This document shows positions 1-9,678 of a stretch of DNA of 26,086 nt, piece after piece. The number at the start of each line of letters is the position of its first letter. The stretch's first letter is position 1. The notes beneath the pieces were generated by a model. That model made no database searches. It was not told the DNA's origin and worked only from the letters and a program-made list of their open reading frames with translations. The stretch is taken from IMG/VR virus record IMGVR_UViG_3300021476_000025, positions 1 through 26,086 of that record; one strand, written 5' to 3'. The position numbers and the translations under genes were made by a program. The stretch is from a virus (lineage: Duplodnaviria > Caudoviricetes).

Positions 1-7
1 TGTTCTT

Positions 8-454
8 ATGAGTAGCACCTGTGATTTTCCACAACATGGTATATGTCAAATTGACAGCGAATTTATTCAATATTCGTTTGCTGCCGATCATTCTTTACAA
101 AGCTGTATTAGAGGAGTAGCTAGTTCCACTCCTGTCACTCATGCGGAAGGAGCAATCGTTACTTTTATAGAGGCATTACCGGGTACTTCCGAGTCAAATG
201 TTACTTTGATTCTTTCAAGTCCATCTGTTATTTCAGTTCCTAATGTTGATAATGCTGATATTATCTCTATTAATACAGTAATAACTGATAGTCTTACTCT
301 CACTCTGCCTAATCCTTCGAATCTTACTCCTGGGCGTGATTTAGCCGTAGGGCATAAATTTACAGGGACTGGCAGTCTTTCTGTCAATGGAGTTTCATTA
401 TCCGCCGGATCAGTTCATCATTTTGTATGGGACGGGTTTACTTGGCTTACATAA
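8..454 (+). CDS. Putative virion structural protein (beta-rich), possibly 5'-truncated by the window edge
   Basis: Frame is open from base 2. Ser/Thr/Val-rich; C-terminus TLTLPNPS...HFVWDGFTWLT resembles phage fibre/decoration modules. Ends TAA TAG. Confidence 0.5.
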   Translation: MSSTCDFPQHGICQIDSEFIQYSFAADHSLQSCIRGVASSTPVTHAEGAIVTFIEALPGTSESNVTLILSSPSVISVPNVDNADIISINTVITDSLTLTLPNPSNLTPGRDLAVGHKFTGTGSLSVNGVSLSAGSVHHFVWDGFTWLT

Positions 455-460
455 TAGTTT

Positions 461-540
461 GACGTGGGGTAGATAAGAATCGCATAATATTAAAATGCGA
501 TAAATATCGACGGGGGATAACCACGATAAACAACCCCCTT
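461..540 (+). ncRNA. Candidate structured RNA / regulatory element (hairpin plus possible pseudoknot)
   Basis: Complementary segments: ATCGCAT 479-485 with ATGCGAT 495-501; GATA 472-475 with TATC 505-508; CGTGG 463-467 with CCACG 521-525; GGGGG 512-516 with CCCCC 534-538. T-rich sequence follows. Confidence 0.35.
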
Positions 541-574
541 TGATTTGTATTTAATAGGGAAAAGGATATGATAT

Positions 575-835
575 ATGGCGAGAACCACAAATATGGATCA
601 TTATAGAAAAACAGCCAGTAATATTCCACAATTATGCTTTACTTTACCAATTAATGAAGTAAAAGAAAATGTAGAAGTAGGAGAGTTAGGTTCTGTAATT
701 ATTCCTGTAAGAGTGATTGGTATTGGAGAGGGAATGATAGAATTTGAAAAGAGAGGAAAAGCATCCTCTCAAGGTGGTTTTTCTTCTGCCACTACCTCTG
801 AACTTAGAGAACAACTACCAATAGCGGAAAGGTAG
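575..835 (+). CDS. Hypothetical phage protein
   Basis: 86-aa ORF with AAGGA upstream, co-oriented with the structural block. Confidence 0.6.
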   Translation: MARTTNMDHYRKTASNIPQLCFTLPINEVKENVEVGELGSVIIPVRVIGIGEGMIEFEKRGKASSQGGFSSATTSELREQLPIAER

Positions 836-845
836 AATAAAATAA

Positions 846-1352
846 ATGGGAATTAAATTTCCTTCTACTCCTCCTCAGGATGGGGACGATGAGTCACAAT
901 CCCCTGGAACTAATTCTAGAAGTTTATTAGGTACAGATACTTTTGGAAATACACGTAGACTCTTAGTCGATACTGATAGGGCTTTATATACTAATATTTT
1001 GCATGATAGTAGTGGAGGAACAGGATACACTACCACTATAAATTCTTATTCAGAAACTTTAGTTCCTTTTGCTACTTACACTACTGTTCTTACTTATACT
1101 GTTCCTTTAGGACAAACCCTTAATATTACTGAAGTTATTGGATGGGGAGATACAAGTGGAGAATTTCTTATTCAAATTAATGGAATTACTAAAGGAGGGG
1201 GGCGTACTACAGCGGCGACCCCTAATTTTATCGGAGATTATTCTAAGGCACCGATTATTGCAATGTCTGAGGACATAATAACTATTATTGTAGAACACTT
1301 TAATCCTTCTGCTAAAACTATGAAAGCTAATTTATTAGCGGGAATTTCTTAA
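846..1352 (+). CDS. Putative virion structural protein (beta-sandwich)
   Basis: Thr/Gly/Ile-rich. C-terminal domain (TYTVPLGQTLNITEV..SGE) resembles that of 1556..2254. Confidence 0.55.
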   Translation: MGIKFPSTPPQDGDDESQSPGTNSRSLLGTDTFGNTRRLLVDTDRALYTNILHDSSGGTGYTTTINSYSETLVPFATYTTVLTYTVPLGQTLNITEVIGWGDTSGEFLIQINGITKGGGRTTAATPNFIGDYSKAPIIAMSEDIITIIVEHFNPSAKTMKANLLAGIS

Positions 1353-1353
1353 T

Positions 1354-1554
1354 ATGGCTGATATTATTACAAATTTAGAATTACGACAAGTGAGATTGAA
1401 AGTTAAAATTGCTGAAATGCAATTAAACTTACAACGAATGGATTTACGAAAAATGGAACTAGATGATGAAAAACGTCATATTGATGAAAATATTATAGCG
1501 ACTCATAAAACTATACAAGATTTACAAAAAGAATTAATTATAGGAGAAAAATAA
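1354..1554 (+). CDS. Small coiled-coil protein
   Basis: Heptad-like Leu/Ile/Met pattern; 1-nt gaps to both neighbours. Confidence 0.6.
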   Translation: MADIITNLELRQVRLKVKIAEMQLNLQRMDLRKMELDDEKRHIDENIIATHKTIQDLQKELIIGEK

Positions 1555-1555
1555 A

Positions 1556-2254
1556 ATGTCTGATTTTGATGCTCAGTTACCTGTTCGTACCGTTGCTACT
1601 GAGTTTACTACAGAAATAGCAAATGCATCAGGAGTTACTATTAATCCAGCAGAAGAATTTCCACAAGGTGCTACAACCTCAGGAGAAAGTGGGCCTCTTG
1701 TTCAAGGGGCTGTTACTTCATCTCCCCCGTCGTATACAAACGGACAAACTAATCCTTTATCATTAGATACATCAGGAAATCTTCGAGTAGCTGTAACCTC
1801 ATTACCTGCTTCTGATGAAAATGTTAATATTGATAAATATGGAGGATCATCGACTACTTTAGGACAAAAACCTTCTGCTTCTTCTATTCCTGTTGTGATA
1901 GCTTCAGATCAATCTACAATTAATGTTCAAATTCCTGCTATTACTCCAATTACTAATTATTTTACTGATGTAGCTGTTGCAAGTGGCTCTTCAATTTCCC
2001 ATTCTGTTGCTGGGGCTTTAAATATTGATGAAATCTGGGTCTCTGCTTCAGGAGAAATAAAAGTTACCGTGGCGTGGGGAACTACAGGAAGTGAAGTTAC
2101 TGAATTAGTCGGATTTACTAGTGCCAGTAATAAAATATTTAATTGGACTACTAAAAATGCTGTATCTCTTACTTCGGGACAATCTGTAAAAGTTACAATT
2201 AAAAATCTTGATACCTCTGCTCAAGATACTTATTTAACTATTATCACTCATTAA
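1556..2254 (+). CDS. Putative virion fibre/decoration protein
   Basis: Contains LSLDTSGNLRV and LGQKPSASSIPVVIASDQS segments typical of phage fibre-like proteins, plus a C-terminal beta-sandwich. Confidence 0.6.
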   Translation: MSDFDAQLPVRTVATEFTTEIANASGVTINPAEEFPQGATTSGESGPLVQGAVTSSPPSYTNGQTNPLSLDTSGNLRVAVTSLPASDENVNIDKYGGSSTTLGQKPSASSIPVVIASDQSTINVQIPAITPITNYFTDVAVASGSSISHSVAGALNIDEIWVSASGEIKVTVAWGTTGSEVTELVGFTSASNKIFNWTTKNAVSLTSGQSVKVTIKNLDTSAQDTYLTIITH

Positions 2255-2259
2255 TTATA

Positions 2260-2850
2260 ATGGCTGATCTACCAATAACTTCTGATGAAGGTGCCATACA
2301 AGTAGAGATAGTCCAAAGCTCTACTCAAATACCAGCTAGTGTTTCAACACAAAATCAATTATTAACTAAAGGACACCCGTATTATTTAGCTGATAATAAT
2401 AAATTATTTGAAGCAGTATCTGAAGTAAGCACCACGTTAGGGACGACTGAAACATCTTTATTACTTTTAAAAAATCCTGCTGCAAGTGGTAAAACAATAA
2501 AAATTAAAAGAATTGAACTTGGTAATTTTGTTAATATTATATCTTCAATTCGATTCCGACTTTATTTTAATCCTACTATTACTTCTAATGGGGGGACTTT
2601 AACTCCTCAAACTTTAACCATTGGAGGTAGTGGAACATCAGTAGCTTTATTATTTACCTTACCAACTACTACGGCAAATGGAACTAAATTATACGCTTGG
2701 CAAGTGCCTGATAGCACTAGTAGTATTACATTAAATGTCCCTATTGATTATGAACTACTTTTATCTCCTAATTACACTTTACTTTTTACAGGGCAAGGAG
2801 ATGGAATAAATCGCGCCCCCGTTATAACTATTATTTGGGCTGAAATTTAA
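2260..2850 (+). CDS. Putative virion structural protein (beta-sandwich)
   Basis: Thr/Leu/Ile-rich beta pattern (LLLLKNPAASGKTIKIKRIELG ... ITIIWAEI), within the structural operon. Confidence 0.55.
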   Translation: MADLPITSDEGAIQVEIVQSSTQIPASVSTQNQLLTKGHPYYLADNNKLFEAVSEVSTTLGTTETSLLLLKNPAASGKTIKIKRIELGNFVNIISSIRFRLYFNPTITSNGGTLTPQTLTIGGSGTSVALLFTLPTTTANGTKLYAWQVPDSTSSITLNVPIDYELLLSPNYTLLFTGQGDGINRAPVITIIWAEI

Positions 2851-2852
2851 TT

Positions 2853-3191
2853 ATGCAAATTATTTTACATCCATCTATGCAGGAGACAGGCACAATCGCT
2901 GGAACTATTATTACTGAATCTAATGTATTAGTTACATCTTTAATTATAACTATAACCCAAATTAGTTTAAATACAGGAGGAAATATAGTTTTTAAAGTTC
3001 AACATAGTGCAGATCAACAAACTTGGATTGATGTCCCTAATCTTATTACGGGAAATATTACCTCTGTTGGGTCAGTAACTATAAGTCTTTCAAGTATCTT
3101 TGCTTTAGCAGATAACTTTCGTGTAGTTTGTACATTTTCTAATGCTCTTTCCGTTACTTTTACTGCCTTTATATGCGGAATTAAATATTAA
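2853..3191 (+). CDS. Putative small virion structural protein
   Basis: All-beta pattern with a FKVQHSADQQTWIDV ... FRVV motif seen in phage jelly-roll-like proteins. Confidence 0.5.
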   Translation: MQIILHPSMQETGTIAGTIITESNVLVTSLIITITQISLNTGGNIVFKVQHSADQQTWIDVPNLITGNITSVGSVTISLSSIFALADNFRVVCTFSNALSVTFTAFICGIKY

Positions 3192-3201
3192 TGACTAATT
3201 T

Positions 3202-3651
3202 ATGCTATCGGGTACATTTCAAAAATATATTAAGCGCCTTAATCCAGAATTAAAAATAGCATGCGGTAATGATAATACTAAGCCAGCGGGATTATTTCTT
3301 TATAAATTTGGAGAAGAAATTAATATTTGCGGGATAGATAAAAACTTTATTCCTGAACACAGTATTTTTGATGATTATGGACATATGATTAAATCAGGAT
3401 GGCGTAGACCAATCACTATTCTTATTAGTCTTAAACTAGTCAATCGAAAACAAGCAGAAAACTTATTTTCCACTAAATTTGATAAATTAGAAAGAAAACA
3501 TTTCTCTATTATTTCAGCTATTAATAAAGCACTAAATGATGCAGAAACACGAAAAATAAACAATAAATTTCGAACTGATGATATAGTAGATATTGGAAGG
3601 ATGATTAAAAATGTCAACGCTAGCTTCCACAATAATTACAGATGTTCGTAG
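3202..3651 (+). CDS. Hypothetical phage protein
   Basis: 149-aa basic ORF; overlaps the next gene by 41 nt. Confidence 0.6.
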   Translation: MLSGTFQKYIKRLNPELKIACGNDNTKPAGLFLYKFGEEINICGIDKNFIPEHSIFDDYGHMIKSGWRRPITILISLKLVNRKQAENLFSTKFDKLERKHFSIISAINKALNDAETRKINNKFRTDDIVDIGRMIKNVNASFHNNYRCS

Positions 3652-4318
3652 AGAGCTTTTAGAGGCTACAGGAATTACATGGTCTGATACTGAATTACTT
3701 AGATTATTAAATAGAGGGGAAATAGATTTTGTTAATAAAACACGATGCTTAGAGTCTATTTCTACAATTAGTCTTTCCATTGGGGTTAGTAGTTATCCAC
3801 TTCCCTCTGATTATTTAGGTATTCGCCTTGTTCTTCATAATCATCCCGACGTAAATGGAAATAATGATTGGAGGAGAATTTATCCCTCTAATTTAGAAAA
3901 AATAGCTCAAGAGCAACCAAATCTTCTTGATGATACTACAGCGACACAAGCCCGCCCAGTTAAATATTTTATTTGGAATCGCACTCTTTATATTAAACCT
4001 ACTCCTGATGTGACTAATGCCACAATTATTTCAATATGGTATAAATCCAAGCCTATACCCCTTACTTCTACTTCTCAAAATATTAATATAGATGATGCCC
4101 TTTCAGAGGCTCTTAATGAGTATATTCTTTGGAAAGCCCTTAAAAAAGTAAAAGAAGATGATATAGCTGCAGAGCATCATTCTCAATATTTAGCCATGAT
4201 TGGCGAGGGACGAAGGTGGGTAAAGAAAGAAAGTTCGGATCAAAGATTCCGCATTGATATTGATAGTCCCATACCTTTTATTGGTGGTATACCGGGGTTT
4301 AATCCTCTTAGACCTTAA
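3611..4318 (+). CDS. Putative head-tail adaptor (podovirus tail tubular A / gp4-like)
   Basis: N-terminal helices IITDVRRELLE..WSDTELLRLLNRG, YPLPSDYL, RPVKYFIWNRTLYIKPTPD and C-terminal helices ALNEYILWKAL. Lies directly before the nozzle-like gene. Confidence 0.7.
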   Translation: MSTLASTIITDVRRELLEATGITWSDTELLRLLNRGEIDFVNKTRCLESISTISLSIGVSSYPLPSDYLGIRLVLHNHPDVNGNNDWRRIYPSNLEKIAQEQPNLLDDTTATQARPVKYFIWNRTLYIKPTPDVTNATIISIWYKSKPIPLTSTSQNINIDDALSEALNEYILWKALKKVKEDDIAAEHHSQYLAMIGEGRRWVKKESSDQRFRIDIDSPIPFIGGIPGFNPLRP

Positions 4319-7300
4319 TGAAACGAATAACAGATACTATAAGTCCTAAACAATGGGATCATTTAATTACTAAATATCCCCCTAATAGTAAAATGGTTAC
4401 AGAAGCTAATTTTACTAGGGGCACGGCTAATATTGATACGGATATTAAAGGTAATATTACAAAACGTCGAGGAAGTATAACATATTGTAGTGGAGTGACA
4501 AAACAAGATCAATATGAGATGATTTTTGAAGACGGAACGAGGCATCTTCTTACTGTAGGAGGAGGGATTCTTCGATATACAATAGGAGATGGAATAGAGC
4601 ATATTGTTACTTCTGGTTATGCCTCAGGAACTAATTTTGAATTTACTCAAACTCAAGATAGAGCTTATTTTGGAAACGGCGTAGATGAGCCCCAAGTTTA
4701 TGATAAAGTTTCTTCATATGGTGGGGTAACTTATTCAGTCCCAAAAACTAAAGAAATGGGATGTCAAGTTCCTACTTCTGCCCCCACCGTGATGGTGGTA
4801 GCGGGTGGAAATGTTCCTATAGGAAGTCATACATATAAAATTACTTTTCTTTATTATGATTTTGAAGAATCAAACGGAGGCCCAGCTTCTGCTGTAGCCA
4901 CAATTACCTCAGGTTTTCAAACAGTAGATTTAAGCAATATTCCAATCGGGGGGTATGGCGTTACAGCAAGAAAAATTTATAGGGATAATAATGATGGAAA
5001 TTGGGTTTTTCTTGATGTAATTGATAATAATACTTCTACAACTTATGTAGATACAATTAATTCCCCCTCCACCCCCACCCCCATTCCTTTTGATAACGGG
5101 CTTCCCCCTTCTTTTGGATTAATAGCGTCTTGGTTAGATGCTCTTTGGTTAGCTAAAATAGAGGGAGAACCTTATATGTTATTTTATAGCGGGGCTGGAA
5201 CTCCTGATATTTATCCCTCTGATTTTACTTTAATTTGTAATGAACAAGACCCTATTACAGCTATTTATGTTTATTTAGGGAGACTTATTGTTTTTAATCG
5301 TAAAAGTTTTGGTCAAATTTTAGGCACTACTCCCGATCAATTTAGATATGACCCTATAGAAAGTAGTATAGGTTGTGTAGATAATCGCTCTATTCAAGTA
5401 AGGGTGGTAAGAGGCATTCCTATTCTTATTTGGCTTAGTGATAGGGGATTTTATTCATATAATGGCAATTCTATTGAATATATTAGTGATCCTATTGAAG
5501 ATCAGGTTAATGCAAGTATTCAACAAACAATTTCTCAAAGAGGGTCTAATACACAAAATACACAGGCCCAATTTGAAAGTGATACATATTCAGAAGGAAT
5601 TGATTTAACATCAAATCCAGGGATTATTACTACAGAAAATCCCCAAAGATTATGGCAAGATGAGGAAGATTGGACGGGTGGAAGTAGTTTATCCGACATT
5701 GCTACCGAAGATGGAACAAATACTCTTAAAACTATACCTGCCTCAACTATTTTATTAAGTACAGGAACAACTGATGGCGGTGCAATGTATGAACTTATTG
5801 AAAATGATTCAGCTAATGTTTTTATACATGATGTCACATTAGCCTCAGGAACTACAGAGGGGACTTGGACTTCTGCTTTAATTGATACATTTTCATTAAA
5901 TCCTTCTGTTATTAATTTACATTTATTAGGTTCTACTGATATAAATGCTCCTACCATAACAGAAATTCAATCTAGTGATGATGAAATATTATGGACAACA
6001 CAGGCCACTTATACTAATTTAAATGGTAATCAATCATTGTCCTTATCTGGGCATAGATTTTGGAGATTATTTGTTACTTTAACTACACCCGATAATACTC
6101 ATCTTCCATATATAGGGGTAAGGTCTTTTACTCCACCTACTCCGCCTGTTGATAAAGGAGACCCTATTTTATCTTATGGAACCCCTGGAATTTGGATTAG
6201 TGAAGCAATAGATTGTACTTCTGATGTTACTGCTTACGATACTTTTACTCCTAGTTATACAACTCCATCTAATTCCAGTATTACTGTTCTTGTAGCTTCA
6301 TCTGCAGATAATATTACTTATACCTCTTTTGTACCATTTGGGTCAATTACAGTTCAACGATATTTTAAAGTTAAAGTAATCCTTAATTTAAGTACAGATA
6401 ATATTAGTCCATATGTTACTTCTATATTATTTCAATGGACTATTGTAGCTAATATAGTTTCGACTGTAATAGATACCATCACGACTCCTTCGGGCTGGGA
6501 TATATTTACGGCGGGTTATATGACTAATGGTGGTATGTTACAGTGGTATATGCGATCAGGGGCTACTGTTTTTGCTTGTACATCCGCTTCTTTTATTTTA
6601 GTTAATATAGGGACTTTTCCTACAGCTGTTACTCCAAATAGATATGTTCAATGGAAAATTATCTTTACATCTACAGCTAATAAGGTTCCTACAGTATCAA
6701 GTATTACAGTAAATTGGTTTATCACTTTATCGTCGGCTATAAGAGTAGCGAGTATATTTTATAATGGCAGTTATTATATGTCTGCTGCTCAGTTTGGTAG
6801 AACTTTTAATAATATAATATTTGTATTAGATTTAGATGGAAAATGGAGGGTGTATCAAAATTTATTTTTAGCAACTCTCTCATTTTTCTTTGATTTTCCT
6901 TATGCTAGCGATGCTTTTACTGGAAATATGATAAAATTTCTTGATCCTACAAGTTTACAGGATCAGGGAGGAAATATTTTATCTCAAGTGAGATTTAAAG
7001 CAGCAGATTTTTCTACAGGATCAATAGATGCTTCTGAATATCTTAAAATAATTGATTATGTAGTATTTCAAGGAATAGGAACAGGGGCTACCTATCAAAT
7101 GTATTACTCGATTGATGAAGGTAATACATTTATTCAAATGTTTTATGAAGACGGAACCTTTAATTTTACCTCAAATGCTGATGAAAAAGCCTTTTTTGTT
7201 CGATTTAAAGCTAGTAAAAATGATACAGATTTAATATCAGGGCGTTCTATAATGATTTTAATTACTAATGATGATCAATTTGATATTAATATTCAATCTA

Positions 7301-7353
7301 TAAAAATATTTGGCTGGATGTGGGAATTTGAGCCGTTTCTTTTAGGATCATAA
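4318..7353 (+). CDS. Putative tail nozzle / tail tubular protein B-like (P22 gp10-like beta-propeller) with inserted beta-sandwich domains
   Basis: Motifs NIDTDIKGNITKRRGS, DPITAIYVYLGRLIVF, IGCVDNRSIQ and WLSDRGFYSYNG..IEYISDPI. TAATG coupling to the adaptor gene. Confidence 0.7.
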   Translation: MKRITDTISPKQWDHLITKYPPNSKMVTEANFTRGTANIDTDIKGNITKRRGSITYCSGVTKQDQYEMIFEDGTRHLLTVGGGILRYTIGDGIEHIVTSGYASGTNFEFTQTQDRAYFGNGVDEPQVYDKVSSYGGVTYSVPKTKEMGCQVPTSAPTVMVVAGGNVPIGSHTYKITFLYYDFEESNGGPASAVATITSGFQTVDLSNIPIGGYGVTARKIYRDNNDGNWVFLDVIDNNTSTTYVDTINSPSTPTPIPFDNGLPPSFGLIASWLDALWLAKIEGEPYMLFYSGAGTPDIYPSDFTLICNEQDPITAIYVYLGRLIVFNRKSFGQILGTTPDQFRYDPIESSIGCVDNRSIQVRVVRGIPILIWLSDRGFYSYNGNSIEYISDPIEDQVNASIQQTISQRGSNTQNTQAQFESDTYSEGIDLTSNPGIITTENPQRLWQDEEDWTGGSSLSDIATEDGTNTLKTIPASTILLSTGTTDGGAMYELIENDSANVFIHDVTLASGTTEGTWTSALIDTFSLNPSVINLHLLGSTDINAPTITEIQSSDDEILWTTQATYTNLNGNQSLSLSGHRFWRLFVTLTTPDNTHLPYIGVRSFTPPTPPVDKGDPILSYGTPGIWISEAIDCTSDVTAYDTFTPSYTTPSNSSITVLVASSADNITYTSFVPFGSITVQRYFKVKVILNLSTDNISPYVTSILFQWTIVANIVSTVIDTITTPSGWDIFTAGYMTNGGMLQWYMRSGATVFACTSASFILVNIGTFPTAVTPNRYVQWKIIFTSTANKVPTVSSITVNWFITLSSAIRVASIFYNGSYYMSAAQFGRTFNNIIFVLDLDGKWRVYQNLFLATLSFFFDFPYASDAFTGNMIKFLDPTSLQDQGGNILSQVRFKAADFSTGSIDASEYLKIIDYVVFQGIGTGATYQMYYSIDEGNTFIQMFYEDGTFNFTSNADEKAFFVRFKASKNDTDLISGRSIMILITNDDQFDINIQSIKIFGWMWEFEPFLLGS

Positions 7354-7354
7354 A

Positions 7355-7576
7355 ATGAAGACACAAAGTTATCCTTTAAGTGATAATCCTGATCCGGCAG
7401 TAATTCAAAGAAATTTGTCGGATTTATTTCAGTTTGCTCATACTCATGATACATCTTCTACGCCTCCTTCTGACGCAGATGGTAATATAGGGGATATTTT
7501 ATTAATAAATACAGGAAATAATTATTATTTATATGCTAAATTTTCAGTAGGATGGAAATCAATTTTATTAAGTTAA
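7355..7576 (+). CDS. Small tail-associated protein
   Basis: STPPSDADGNIGDILL...YLYAKFSVGWKSI fibre-type motif; position after the nozzle gene. Confidence 0.5.
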   Translation: MKTQSYPLSDNPDPAVIQRNLSDLFQFAHTHDTSSTPPSDADGNIGDILLINTGNNYYLYAKFSVGWKSILLS

Positions 7577-7586
7577 GGAGAATTTT

Positions 7587-8423
7587 ATGGCATCATTAGG
7601 AAATTATGGAATTAATTTTGGAGGAGGGTCAGTTCCTACTTTTAATCCACAACCTTTAGAAAATTTAGTTACACAAAGTCAACAACGACAACAAGGAATT
7701 ATACAAGGTCTTTATAATAATTTACAACCCCTTACCGCTCAATATGGGACGAATATTAATCAGGCTGGAGGAAATTATGCAGGAGCTACTACAGCCGCCG
7801 CTAAAGCATATCAACAAGGATTAGCCGGATTAAATACAGCAGATCAGTTAGCAGCTCAAACTGCTGTTGATACAGCTAAACGACAAGCTTACTCCTCTTT
7901 ACCAGGAATTCAGCAATCTATACGGGAATCTTTAGCCGCTACAGGTAATCTTAAAGGAGGAAGGGCCGCTACAGCTTTAGTTCAACCATCCTTACAAATA
8001 GCCCAAAATATTCAAACGTTAACTAATAATCTCCAACAACAAGGATATACAGCACAACAAGCGAGACAAGAGGCCGGTGTACAGGCTATTTATTCCACTG
8101 CTCAAGGAAATGCTCTTACTCAACTCGGAATAGACCAAGATACAGCTAGAACACTGTTACAAAATGGTAGAAGTGATTTAATCACTCAAGCAGGGGCACT
8201 AGCCGGATTAGATGCAACTACCCTTAATCAAATGTTAGGGTTAGAGACTGAGGCTCAAACATCAAATATTGCTGCTGCTCAAGCTAATCAGGCGCGTCAA
8301 ACAGCGATTGGAGAAGCTTTAGGAACTCTCGGAGGAGCAGGAATAGGAGCAGCTTTAGGGGGAGGTATTCCCGGGGCAACTTTTGGTGCTAAACTAGGCC
8401 AAGCAACAGGATCACTCTTTTAA
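7587..8423 (+). CDS. Putative DNA ejection / internal virion protein
   Basis: AAGGAG RBS. Gln/Ala-rich helical body with a C-terminal glycine-zipper hydrophobic segment (GTLGGAGIGAALGGGIPGATFGAKLG). Confidence 0.6.
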   Translation: MASLGNYGINFGGGSVPTFNPQPLENLVTQSQQRQQGIIQGLYNNLQPLTAQYGTNINQAGGNYAGATTAAAKAYQQGLAGLNTADQLAAQTAVDTAKRQAYSSLPGIQQSIRESLAATGNLKGGRAATALVQPSLQIAQNIQTLTNNLQQQGYTAQQARQEAGVQAIYSTAQGNALTQLGIDQDTARTLLQNGRSDLITQAGALAGLDATTLNQMLGLETEAQTSNIAAAQANQARQTAIGEALGTLGGAGIGAALGGGIPGATFGAKLGQATGSLF

Positions 8424-8444
8424 TTTTAGAGGAAATCATAATTT

Positions 8445-9677
8445 ATGGCAAATATTAATTTACCTTCTGTTTCAGAATTACAATCTCTTTATACAAGCCC
8501 TAAAACTGAGGCTATTTCTCAGGTTCCTTCTGAAGTGGAGGGGGCTTTAAATTTAGCTGACGTAATAAAGCAACGACAATTAGATCGCCAAAAACAATTA
8601 ATAGCTTTACAAAAACAGATTGAAGAAATTAAACAGTCTCAAGCTGCTACAAAAGCAGCCTCTTTAGCAGTCCCAATAACTTCTTCTACTCCTGCTTCCA
8701 CTCAAGTTCCTGCTACACTAGGTAATGTAGCTAATGTTAATCCTAATACTGGAAAAATCGAACAAACTGGCCCTGAAATCGCAGCTAATGCAGAAACAAG
8801 AAGGCCCGGATTATTTGAACAATATACCCTTCAAACTCAACCTAAAGAGGCTGTTAATGATTTATTAAAACTCCAATTAAACCAGAATAAACAAGCAGGT
8901 CAATGGAAATTAATTGGAACAACGCAGACCCCTGATGGTAAAAAACATGGTATTATGCAAAATCCATTTGGAGAAACTCAACTAAGAGAACTTCCTGAAG
9001 GAGCAGAACTTAATGTAGAAAAATATCCGAAGGTAAGACTTCAACAAATGGTAGGATATTTAAATAAAGACTTTGTTGATGATTTATCATTAGCTAAAGC
9101 TCCTGAAGCTATCAAACGAGTAAATAATGCTTTAGCAGGAATGGTTAGATTTCGTCCTTATGAGGATTTTACTCGTACCAATGGAATGACTCCGCAAGAA
9201 TTTGTGGAAATGGCTAGAAATATTGATGCAATCACTACGGCTACAGGCAGACCTACCGTAAGCATTACTAGAGATTTACTTCCCCCTACTGCCCAAAGAA
9301 ACTTCAGTTCAGTAGAACAATTTTTACAAAGTAAGCCTATAGCAAAAGATTATAATGAATTTGTTGATAGATGGGAAAAATTACGAAATAAAGAGACTCC
9401 TGCTCTTGAAAATTATGTTAAAAATTATCAACGACAAATAGCGGGAACCAAAGGTTATTTTTTAAAACAATATGCTCCTGAGCTTTATAAGCGTACTCTT
9501 AATCAATTTGGTATTAAAGGCGAGGCAGTGAAAGAAGCCGGAGAAAAAATCACGCCTATGTTTCCCACTAATTTATATGGACAATCAGGTGATCCTGAGG
9601 ACAGATTTAATGAGCTTATTAGCCAGGGTTTAAGTGATGATGAAGCAACTGCACAATTAGCCGTAGAGGGGTATTAA
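8445..9677 (+). CDS. Putative DNA ejection / internal virion protein
   Basis: 410 aa, helical and Cys-free, with a coiled-coil N-terminal part; follows the Gln/Ala-rich gene. Confidence 0.5.
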   Translation: MANINLPSVSELQSLYTSPKTEAISQVPSEVEGALNLADVIKQRQLDRQKQLIALQKQIEEIKQSQAATKAASLAVPITSSTPASTQVPATLGNVANVNPNTGKIEQTGPEIAANAETRRPGLFEQYTLQTQPKEAVNDLLKLQLNQNKQAGQWKLIGTTQTPDGKKHGIMQNPFGETQLRELPEGAELNVEKYPKVRLQQMVGYLNKDFVDDLSLAKAPEAIKRVNNALAGMVRFRPYEDFTRTNGMTPQEFVEMARNIDAITTATGRPTVSITRDLLPPTAQRNFSSVEQFLQSKPIAKDYNEFVDRWEKLRNKETPALENYVKNYQRQIAGTKGYFLKQYAPELYKRTLNQFGIKGEAVKEAGEKITPMFPTNLYGQSGDPEDRFNELISQGLSDDEATAQLAVEGY

Positions 9678-9678
9678 T

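Noticed and set aside
5061-5110. C-rich tract suggesting phase variation or a G-quadruplex
   Set aside because: It is explained by a Pro/Thr linker (SPSTPTPIP) in an intact frame, and the runs are short.
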